Shown piece after piece: positions 33,978 through 41,488 of a stretch of 53,019 nt of DNA. Source of the DNA: an uncultured Holophagales bacterium. GTDB lineage: Bacteria; Acidobacteriota; Thermoanaerobaculia; UBA5066. Under the pieces are notes generated by a model that ran no database searches, was not told the DNA's origin, and worked only from the letters and a program-made list of their open reading frames with translations. Position numbers and translations under genes: made by a program. Within the stretch, counting starts at the first letter, position 1. Each line of letters begins with the position of its first letter. Where the stretch lies: NCBI GenBank assembly GCA_964453825.1, contig CAYVPO010000001.1:1-53019 (forward strand), read 5' to 3'.

Positions 33978-34910
33978 ATGGACGCTCGCTTCACGAAGAC
34001 CGTCGAGTTCCTCCGGGCGCGGATCCCCGTCCCGCCCGTCGTCGGCGTCATCCTCGGCTCGGGCCTCGGGGACTTCGCCGCCGCCGTCGAGGACCGGGTC
34101 GAGATCCCGTACGGGCAGATCCCCGGGTTTCCCTCCTCGGCCGTCGTGGGCCACGCGGGCACGCTCGTCGCCGGGACGCTGGCCGGAATCCCGATCGTCG
34201 TCCTCGCCGGACGGATCCACTACTACGAGGGGCATCCGATGTCGCTCGTCGTCACCCCGGCCCGGGTCCTGGGGCTCCTCGGCTGCCGCGACGTCGTCGT
34301 GACGAACGCCGCCGGGGGAATCGACACGCGCTTCTCGGCGGGCGACCTGATGCTCATCTCGGATCACATCAACCTCTTCGGGACGAACCCGCTGATCGGA
34401 CCCAACGAAGACTCGCTCGGGGCGCGCTTCCCCGACATGTCCGACGCCTATCGCGCCGACCTCCGGACGATGGCGAGGGCCGTCGCGCGGAAGATCCGCG
34501 TCCCGCTTCGGGAGGGGGTCTACGTCGGCGTCTCGGGGCCGTCCTACGAGACTCCTGCCGAGATCCGCGCCTTCCGGGCGCTCGGCGCGAGCGCCGTCGG
34601 GATGTCGACCGTCCCCGAGGTCATCGCCCTCGGCCACATGGGGGTCGGCGTCGTCGGCATCTCCTGCATCACGAACATGGCGGCCGGCGTCCTGAAGCAG
34701 CCGCTCCGCCACGACGAGGTCCTCGAGACGACGCGCCGCGTGAAGGACCGCTTCGTGCGGCTCCTCTCGGCGCTCGTCGAGGCGATGGGGAAGGGGCGCT
34801 CCTCCGACCGGCTCGTCGTCGAGCCGTCGAGGCGGGCGAAGCGACCGGCGCGCGAGGCGGCTTCGGGGCCGCGTCGGGGCGCGAAGCCGCCGGCGCGGCG
34901 GGGAAGGTAG
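33978..34910 (+). CDS. punA: Purine nucleoside phosphorylase (trimeric PNP family) with a basic C-terminal tail of about 40 aa
   Basis: GVILGSGLG, VVGHAGTLV, GRIHYYEG, VVTNAAGG, GPSYETPAEIR, GMSTVPE. Tail: GKGRSSDRLVVEPSRRAKRPAREAASGPRRGAKPPARRGR. Confidence 0.92.
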   Translation: MDARFTKTVEFLRARIPVPPVVGVILGSGLGDFAAAVEDRVEIPYGQIPGFPSSAVVGHAGTLVAGTLAGIPIVVLAGRIHYYEGHPMSLVVTPARVLGLLGCRDVVVTNAAGGIDTRFSAGDLMLISDHINLFGTNPLIGPNEDSLGARFPDMSDAYRADLRTMARAVARKIRVPLREGVYVGVSGPSYETPAEIRAFRALGASAVGMSTVPEVIALGHMGVGVVGISCITNMAAGVLKQPLRHDEVLETTRRVKDRFVRLLSALVEAMGKGRSSDRLVVEPSRRAKRPAREAASGPRRGAKPPARRGR

Positions 34911-34914
34911 CGGG

Positions 34915-35319
34915 ATGTCGGCGAAACCTCTCCCTCCGGCCGAGCGCGAGGCGCTCGTCGCCGCGGCGACCGCGGCGCGAGAGAACGCGGCGGCCCCCTA
35001 CTCGCGCTTCCACGTCGGGGCGGCCCTCCTCGCCGGGGACGGCCGGATCTTCGGGGGCTGCAACGTCGAGTCGGCGAGCTACGGCCTCACGTGCTGCGCG
35101 GAGCGGACGGCGGTCTTCAAGGCGATCTCGGAGGGCGTCCGCTCGTTCCGGGCCGTTGCCGTCGTGACGGGCGCCGACGAGCCGACCTCTCCCTGCGGGG
35201 CCTGCCGCCAGGTCCTCTGGGACCAGTGCCGGGACATCTCCGTCGTCATGGCGACGACGGGCGGGAAGCTGGAGGAGACGACGCTCGCGGCGCTCCTGCC
35301 GAGGGCGTTCGAGCTGTGA
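34915..35319 (+). CDS. cdd: Cytidine deaminase
   Basis: 134 aa. Zinc motifs CAERTA and PCGACRQ. YSRFHVGAALL. Confidence 0.92.
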   Translation: MSAKPLPPAEREALVAAATAARENAAAPYSRFHVGAALLAGDGRIFGGCNVESASYGLTCCAERTAVFKAISEGVRSFRAVAVVTGADEPTSPCGACRQVLWDQCRDISVVMATTGGKLEETTLAALLPRAFEL

Positions 35320-36740
35320 GGGGCGCGACCGTTCGGGCCGCGCTCGTCGCAGCGCTCCTTCTCGCGCTGCCGGCCGCCGGGGCGCCCGCCCCGAAGAAGG
35401 CCCCGTGCGACCTCGTCGTCGTCGCAGGTCACGCCCTCCCGATGGACGCGTCGTTCACCGTCCGCGGGGCGACGGCCGTCGCCGTCCGCGGCGGCGAGAT
35501 CCTCGCCGTCGGCGACCCCGCGGCGATCGACGCCGCGTGGGCGCCGAAGCAGCGGATCGAGAGGAAGGACGCGGTCCTCCTCCCGGGTCTCGTGAACACC
35601 CACGGTCACGCTGCGATGAACCTCCTGCGCGGCATCTCGAACGACCAGCCGCTCATGGAGTGGCTCACGAAGTACATCTTCCCGGCCGAGGCGAAGAACG
35701 TGTCGCCGGAGTTCGTGACGGCCGGGACGGAGCTCGCCTGCCTCGAGATGATCCGCGGCGGGACGACGACGTTCACCGACATGTACTACTACGAGTCCGA
35801 CGTGGCGGCCGCGGTCGACCGCGCCGGCCTCCGCGCGGTCCTCGGCGAGACGTGGATCGACTTTCCGGCCCCCGGACACGCGAACCTCGAGGAGTCGAAG
35901 ACGGTGACCCGGGCGTTCCTCGAGAGGTGGAAGGGGCATCCGCGGATCACGCCGGCCATCGCGCCGCACGCCCCCTACACGTGCAGCCGGGAGACGCTTC
36001 AGGCCGCGCGCTCTCTCGCCGACGAGTATGGAGTCCCGCTCCTGACGCACGTTTCCGAGACGTGGGACGAGCAGACGCAGATCCGCGAGAAGTACGGAAA
36101 GAGCCCGACGGAATGGCTCGACGAGGTCGGCTTCCTCGGGCCGCGCCTCTCGGTCGCGCACGGCGTCTGGCTCTCCGCCGAGGACCTGAAGGTCCTCGCC
36201 GCGCGTGGCGTCAGCCTTTCTCACAACCCGGAGTCGAACATGAAGCTCGGCTCGGGCATCGCCCCGATCGCGGCGGCCCGGAAGGCGGGCGTCGTCGTCG
36301 GCCTCGGGACCGACGGGTCGGCCGGGTCGAACAACGACCTCGACATGTTCGACACCATGGATTTCGCGGGGAAGCTCGCGAAGGTCGCGGCCCTCGACCC
36401 GACGCCGCTCACGGCGCCGGAGCTCCTCCGGATGGCGACGATCGACGGCGCGAAGGCCCTCGGCCTCGACCGCCTCGTCGGGTCGCTCGAGCCGGGGAAG
36501 AGAGCCGACCTGATCGTCGTGGACCTCGGGAAGGCCCACGTGGAGCCCGTATTCGACCTCCCCTCCACCGTCGTCTACGCCTCGCGCGCGGGCGACGTCT
36601 CGCTCACCGTCGTCGAAGGGAAGGTCCTCTGGGACGGGAAGCGGGTCACGACGCTCGACGAGGCGAGGGTCCTCGCGGCGGCGCGGGTCTGGCGAGAGAA
36701 GGTCCTGAAGTCGCTCGAGGGGAGCGCGGAGAAGAAATGA
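35316..36740 (+). CDS. Amidohydrolase-superfamily nucleobase/nucleoside deaminase (MTA/SAH- or guanine-deaminase-like) with an N-terminal signal-peptide-like segment
   Basis: LPGLVNTHGHAAMN (HxH), LTHVSET, AHGVWL, GLGTDGSAGSNNDLDM. The N-terminus VRGATVRAALVAALLLALPAAGAPAPKK looks like a Sec signal. GTG overlaps the cdd stop, and there is no later in-frame start before the first conserved strand. Confidence 0.85.
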   Translation: MRGATVRAALVAALLLALPAAGAPAPKKAPCDLVVVAGHALPMDASFTVRGATAVAVRGGEILAVGDPAAIDAAWAPKQRIERKDAVLLPGLVNTHGHAAMNLLRGISNDQPLMEWLTKYIFPAEAKNVSPEFVTAGTELACLEMIRGGTTTFTDMYYYESDVAAAVDRAGLRAVLGETWIDFPAPGHANLEESKTVTRAFLERWKGHPRITPAIAPHAPYTCSRETLQAARSLADEYGVPLLTHVSETWDEQTQIREKYGKSPTEWLDEVGFLGPRLSVAHGVWLSAEDLKVLAARGVSLSHNPESNMKLGSGIAPIAAARKAGVVVGLGTDGSAGSNNDLDMFDTMDFAGKLAKVAALDPTPLTAPELLRMATIDGAKALGLDRLVGSLEPGKRADLIVVDLGKAHVEPVFDLPSTVVYASRAGDVSLTVVEGKVLWDGKRVTTLDEARVLAAARVWREKVLKSLEGSAEKK

Positions 36741-38047
36741 GCCTCATCGTTCGGACGATCGTCAAGAAGCGCGACGGCGGCGAGCTGTCGGAAGGGGAGA
36801 TCCGGGACTTCGTCGCCGGAGTCACGGACCGCACCGTCACGGACGAGCAGGCGGCGGCGCTCCTGATGGCGATCTGCTGCCGCGGGATGACGACCGCCGA
36901 GACGGCGGCGCTCACGTTCGCCATGATGAGCTCGGGCGAAACGTGGGACCTTTCGCCCCACGGCTTCGTCGCCGACAAGCACTCGACGGGCGGCGTCGGC
37001 GACAAGTCGACTCTCGTCCTCGCTCCGCTCCTCGCGGCCTGCGGCGTGAAGACCGGGATGATGTCGGGGCGCGGCCTCGGCCACACCGGCGGCACGCTCG
37101 ACAAGCTCGAGGCGATCCCCGGCTTCGTGACCGGGCAGTCGAAGGAGGCGTTCGACCGGCTCGTCGAGACGGTCGGCTGCGCGCTCATCGCCGCGACGGA
37201 CACGGTCGCTCCGGCGGACCGGAGGCTCTACGCCCTCCGCGACGTGACGGGGACGGTCGAGTCGATCCCGCTCATCACGGCCTCGATCCTCTCCAAGAAG
37301 CTCGCGACGGGCGCGCACGCCGTCGTCTTCGACGTGAAGACGGGGAACGGCGCGTTCATGCAGAAGCCGGAGGACGCGCATACGCTGGGGCGCGCGCTCG
37401 TCGACACGACCCGCGCGACGGGCCGAAAGGCGAGCGGCTACGTCACGGCCATGGACCGCCCGGTCGGCGTGGCCGTCGGGAACGCGAACGAGGTCGAGGA
37501 GTCGATCCGCCTCCTCCGGGGCGACGGACCGGCCGACCTGCGCGAGAACGTCCTCCTGCTCGGCGCCGACCTGCTGGTGGCCGCGGGCGTCGCCGACTCG
37601 GAGAAGGAGGCGCGCCGTCGGCTGAACGCCGCGCTCCAGGACGGGACGGCCCTCGAGGCGTTCGCCCGCGTCATCTCGGCCCAGGGCGGGAACCCGGCCG
37701 TCTGCGACGACCTCGCGCTCCTCCCGCAGCCCGTCGCGAAGCACGAGGTGAAGGCCGCGGCCGCCGGGACGATCCGGCGCGTCGCGACGCGGGAGCTCGG
37801 GCTCCTCTCGATCGAGATCGGCTGTGGCCGCGCCCGGAAGGACGACGTCGTCGACCCCGCATCCGGCTACCGCGTCTTCCGGAAGACCGGGGAGGCCGTC
37901 TCGGCGGGGGACCCGCTCCTCGTCGTCGAGCTCGGGCCCAGGACGCAGCTCCCGAAGGACTACCTCGAGCGCGTCGCGGCCTGCTTCGAGGTCGGGGAGG
38001 CCGCCGGGGCCGAGCCGCCGCTGCCGTTCGTCGTCGAGAAGCTCTGA
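36737..38047 (+). CDS. deoA: Thymidine / pyrimidine-nucleoside phosphorylase
   Basis: IVKKRDGGELS, DKHSTGGVGDK, SGRGLGHTGGTLDKLE, LYALRDVT. The ATG overlaps the upstream TGA (ATGA). Confidence 0.92.
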   Translation: MSLIVRTIVKKRDGGELSEGEIRDFVAGVTDRTVTDEQAAALLMAICCRGMTTAETAALTFAMMSSGETWDLSPHGFVADKHSTGGVGDKSTLVLAPLLAACGVKTGMMSGRGLGHTGGTLDKLEAIPGFVTGQSKEAFDRLVETVGCALIAATDTVAPADRRLYALRDVTGTVESIPLITASILSKKLATGAHAVVFDVKTGNGAFMQKPEDAHTLGRALVDTTRATGRKASGYVTAMDRPVGVAVGNANEVEESIRLLRGDGPADLRENVLLLGADLLVAAGVADSEKEARRRLNAALQDGTALEAFARVISAQGGNPAVCDDLALLPQPVAKHEVKAAAAGTIRRVATRELGLLSIEIGCGRARKDDVVDPASGYRVFRKTGEAVSAGDPLLVVELGPRTQLPKDYLERVAACFEVGEAAGAEPPLPFVVEKL

Positions 38048-38059
38048 CCTCGGGTGCGG

Positions 38060-38090
38060 CCGGCGTCTCCGACCCGTTCGGGGACGCCGG
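38060..38090. terminator. Hairpin between convergent deoA and the cNMP-binding protein gene (bidirectional terminator candidate)
   Basis: CCGGCGTCTCCGA, CCCGT, TCGGGGACGCCGG: a 13-bp stem with one G-U pair. Confidence 0.5.
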
Positions 38091-38102
38091 CGCGCCGCGG
38101 CG

Positions 38103-39101
38103 TCAGCCGGCGGACGGTGCCCGGTCGAGGCCGGGGAGCGTGTCGCCCCGTCGGATCTGCTGCTCGTCGACGCTCCCGGAGCGGGCCTCGCAGAAGTGCC
38201 GGAGGATGGTCCTCACGTTCGGCTGGCGCTCGGCGATCGATTCCAGGGCCGTGCGGTCCAGGGCCAGGAGCTCGCACGGCGTCGCAGCCGTGATCGTCGC
38301 GCTCCGGGGCTTCCCCGTGAGGATGGAGACCTCGCCGAAGAAGGCGCCCTCGTACATCTCGCGGACCTTGTGGTAGTGCCCGTCGGGGTCTTTCACGAAG
38401 GCCTTGACCGTTCCGGTCGTCAGGACGAAGAGCGAGTCGCCGGGCGCCCCTTCGGCGACGATGACGTCGCCCGCCTCGTAGGCCAGGAGCTCGAGGCCCT
38501 TGATCACCTCGACGAGCTCCTCGGCCGAGAAGTCGCTGAACAGCGGACTCGCGACCATCCCCTGCGCGGCGGCCTCGTCGACGGGGTGGAGGCTCCGGGG
38601 CGCCGTCTCGGACGCGTCCTCGACCGGGGCCTCGTCCGCGGTCTCGAAGTCGAGGACGAACGGCACGGTGGCGGCCGGCGCCGCGGACGGCGGCTCCGGC
38701 GACGGCGTCGGAGCCGCCTCCAGCTCGACGCGCCGGCGCATGGCGCCGGCGCGGACCCGGAGCGCGAGCGTCGACTCGTCGTCCTTCTGGCGCAGGAGAC
38801 GCGCGAGCTTCTCCTCGACCTTCGTGAGCGACGGGTCGATCCTCTGGACCTTCTTGAGCACGGCGATCGCCTTGCCGACGAACCCGGAGGTCGCGTAGTC
38901 GTCGGCGAGCTTCCAGAGGAGCTCGACGGCCTCGTAGGTCTTGCCGTCGAGCGCGAGGACGTCCCCGAGCTGCTGCTTCAGAGAGGCGTTCGAGGGGTCC
39001 TTTGCGACCTGGCCGCGGAGGACCTTCGCCGCGCGGCCGTAGTTGCGCTTGGCGATCAGCTCGGCGACGTCGTCAGAGCCGGAGAGCCACGAAAAGGCCA
39101 T
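38103..39101 (-). CDS. TPR-like N-terminal domain plus C-terminal cyclic-nucleotide-binding (CNB/CAP-effector) domain protein, no recognisable output domain
   Basis: N-terminal TPR-like helices (YGRAAKVLRGQVAKDPSNASLKQQLGDVLALDGKTYEAVELL...). An Ala/Pro/Glu linker. CNB: SPLFSDFSAEEL, GDVIVAEGAPGDSLFVLTTG, and the phosphate-binding cassette FFGEVSILTGKPRSATITA. Confidence 0.8.
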   Translation of the reverse strand: MAFSWLSGSDDVAELIAKRNYGRAAKVLRGQVAKDPSNASLKQQLGDVLALDGKTYEAVELLWKLADDYATSGFVGKAIAVLKKVQRIDPSLTKVEEKLARLLRQKDDESTLALRVRAGAMRRRVELEAAPTPSPEPPSAAPAATVPFVLDFETADEAPVEDASETAPRSLHPVDEAAAQGMVASPLFSDFSAEELVEVIKGLELLAYEAGDVIVAEGAPGDSLFVLTTGTVKAFVKDPDGHYHKVREMYEGAFFGEVSILTGKPRSATITAATPCELLALDRTALESIAERQPNVRTILRHFCEARSGSVDEQQIRRGDTLPGLDRAPSAG

Positions 39102-39183
39102 TCAGATACTGCTCCCGCGCGACGGTAGGGCAGGCTTCCGGCTGCTGTCAAGGCGATGGAGCGCTACACTTCGGGCGAAGCCG

Positions 39184-39552
39184 ATGGCGAAGATCCTGGT
39201 CGTCGACGACGACGAGATGAACCGAGACATGCTCTCGCGCCGCCTTCTCCGGAAGGGGTACGAGGTGGCGCTCGCCGTGAACGGGGCGGAAGCGATCGAG
39301 AAGGCCGTCTCGGAGAGGCCCGAGCTGATCCTGATGGACCTCTCGATGCCGGTCCTCGACGGCTACGAGGCGACCCGCCGGCTGAAGACGGAAGCGGCCA
39401 CCTCGAGCATCCCGATCATCGGCCTGTCGGCGCACGCGATGGTCGGAGACCGCGAGAAGGCGCTCTCGGCGGGCTGCGACGACTACGACACGAAGCCGGT
39501 CGAGCTGCCGCGGCTCCTCGGGAAGGTCGAGTCGTTCCTCGGGACCGGCTGA
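39184..39552 (+). CDS. Single-domain CheY-like response regulator
   Basis: MAKILVVDDDEMNR, LILMDLSMPVLDG, LSAHAM, DYDTKP. 122 aa. Confidence 0.9.
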   Translation: MAKILVVDDDEMNRDMLSRRLLRKGYEVALAVNGAEAIEKAVSERPELILMDLSMPVLDGYEATRRLKTEAATSSIPIIGLSAHAMVGDREKALSAGCDDYDTKPVELPRLLGKVESFLGTG

Positions 39553-39558
39553 GGGCGC

Positions 39559-41400
39559 TCAGCGCGTGCCGGAGAGGACCGTCTCGAGGAAGGAGCGGAT
39601 CTCCGGCGGGACCGACGTGAACCGGAGACCGAACCCCTTCGTCCCGGCCCGCGGCGAGAAGACCTTCCCGTAGAGCTCTCCCGGGATCGTCCGGCCGTCG
39701 TTCCCGACGAACCGGAGCCGGAGGTTGCGGAACGGGTCGGGCCTTTCGCGAGTCTCGACCTCCGCCTCCTTCATCGACAGCCGCACGAGGAGCCCTTCGG
39801 ACTCGGGGCCGTCGACGCGTTTCCCGGAGATCGTGGCGAACCGGACGGCGAGCGGTCCGTGGAGCGCGTGAAGGGGCTCGTCCCGGGCCGGCAGGAAGAG
39901 GTCGTACCCGCCCGCCACGCCCCGGACGTCCCACGCGGAGACCGGGTTCTCGAAGCCCTTCATCTGCACGACGACCTCGCTTCCGACCGAGAGCTGGCCC
40001 CCGCCCTCGCGCCGGGTCCGGTCGCTGACGAGGATCTGGCCGCCGACCGTGTACGACTCGATGCGCGCGGTCAGGTTCACGGGGCTGCCGACGACCCCGT
40101 ATTTCGCCCTCTTGTCCGAGCCGATGTTCCCGACGACGACCTCGCCGGTGTGGATCGCGATCCCCATCTCGACCTGGGGAAGCCCCTCGCGCCGGTTGAA
40201 CTCGTTCACGCGCCCCATCGCCTTCTGCATCTCGACGGCGCACGCCACGGCGCGGAGGGCGTCGTCCTCCCTCTGGACGGGCGCGCCGAAGATCGCCAGG
40301 ATCGCGTCGCCGATGAACTCGTCGATCGTCCCGTTGAACGAGAGGAGGAGGTCGGCCATCGTCCCGAGGTAGTTGTTCAGCAGTTTGACGACCCTGTCGG
40401 GGGGGATGCGGTCCGCGACCTGGGTGAAGCCGCGAAGGTCCGACATCAGGAGCGTGACCTTCCGTGTCTCCCCTCCGAGCTTCAGCCCCTCGGGCGTCTG
40501 GAGGAGCCGCTCGACGACCTCGTTCGAGAGGTAGCGGCCGAACGTCTCGAAGATGAAGCGGTTGCGCACCTCGAGGTCCTGCGCGAGCGTTCCGATCCGG
40601 GCCTTCGCCCGGGCCAGCGAGAGCTGCGTGCCGACCCGCGCGAGGACGACGGGGAAGTCGAGGGGCTTCGTCACGTAGTCGTTCGCGCCGAGGCGAAGCG
40701 CGGTGACGACGTCGTTCGAGTCGTCCCGGGCGGTGGCCATGATGACGGGAAGGTCCGCGGCGTCGTGCCGGAAGCGCAGGTCCCGAAGCACCTCGAGGCC
40801 GTTCATGCCGGGCATGACGACGTCCAGGAGGACGAGGTCGAAAGGGACCTCCTCGAGGAGGCGCAGCGCCTCCGGGCCGTTCTCCGCGACCGCGATCGTG
40901 AAGCCGTGGGCGCGGAGGCGCCGGGAGAGCATCTCCCGGTTCTCCGCGTTGTCGTCGACGACGAGGAGGTGCGCCGGCTCCACGGGGTCGCCGACCGGGA
41001 TCTCGACGTCGGCGCGCCGGATCGGCCCGGTCGGAGCGGGCACCTCGTCGGAAGGGCTCCGCGCGGCGTCCGGGGCGGGAAGGAGCAGCGGCGGCGCGGT
41101 CTCGACCTCGGTCCCGGCCTCGAGGGGGAGAAGCCTCTCCTGGAGCGTGTCGACCATCTCGAGGAGCCGGCGGGCCGCGTCCTGGATCTTCCCGAGGTCG
41201 GCGGCGCATCCCGTCTGACCAGTGGCGATGGCGTCTTCCTCCACCATCTCCGCGTAGCCGAGGATCTGGTGGATCGGGGTCCGCATGTCGTGGCGGAGCT
41301 TCGAGAGGAGCTGGGGCGGCACGGCGCGGTTCCCCGCGGCGAGCCGCGGCGCCTCCTCCGCCTCCGCGAACGCCTTTTCGAGCAGGTCCTCGTCCGCCAT
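39559..41400 (-). CDS. Multidomain signalling protein: orphan HisKA phospho-acceptor helix, receiver domain, class III nucleotidyl cyclase, and an uncharacterised C-terminal domain of about 110 aa
   Basis: H-box LSKLRHDMRTPIHQILGY (His37) with no HATPase_c. REC: LLVVDDN, LVLLDVVMPG (Asp193), YVTKP. Cyclase: VTLLMSDLRGFT (Asp321), IDEFIGDAILAIFGAP (Glu361, Asp365), KYGVVGSPVNLTARIES (Gly435, Asn442, Arg446). Tail aa 505-613 is unassigned. Confidence 0.88.
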   Translation of the reverse strand: MADEDLLEKAFAEAEEAPRLAAGNRAVPPQLLSKLRHDMRTPIHQILGYAEMVEEDAIATGQTGCAADLGKIQDAARRLLEMVDTLQERLLPLEAGTEVETAPPLLLPAPDAARSPSDEVPAPTGPIRRADVEIPVGDPVEPAHLLVVDDNAENREMLSRRLRAHGFTIAVAENGPEALRLLEEVPFDLVLLDVVMPGMNGLEVLRDLRFRHDAADLPVIMATARDDSNDVVTALRLGANDYVTKPLDFPVVLARVGTQLSLARAKARIGTLAQDLEVRNRFIFETFGRYLSNEVVERLLQTPEGLKLGGETRKVTLLMSDLRGFTQVADRIPPDRVVKLLNNYLGTMADLLLSFNGTIDEFIGDAILAIFGAPVQREDDALRAVACAVEMQKAMGRVNEFNRREGLPQVEMGIAIHTGEVVVGNIGSDKRAKYGVVGSPVNLTARIESYTVGGQILVSDRTRREGGGQLSVGSEVVVQMKGFENPVSAWDVRGVAGGYDLFLPARDEPLHALHGPLAVRFATISGKRVDGPESEGLLVRLSMKEAEVETRERPDPFRNLRLRFVGNDGRTIPGELYGKVFSPRAGTKGFGLRFTSVPPEIRSFLETVLSGTR

Positions 41401-41488
41401 CGAGCGCCGAGTGTAGCGCCGCCCGACGGCCGGCTCCGGGACGCGGCGATATACTTCGTGGCACGGAAAGCGAGGAGCCGGGAGCGCC

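Noticed and set aside
33978-34910. PNP as a Detocs-like defence effector (two-component system plus PNP domain)
   Set aside because: This PNP has no receiver domain. It sits in a classical nupC-cdd-deoA salvage operon with translational coupling.
41450-41455. TATACT hexamer as the -10 of the CNB-GGDEF promoter
   Set aside because: It is plausible because AT-rich hexamers are rare here. However, no -35 lies at the right spacing, and the promoter consensus of this lineage is unknown.
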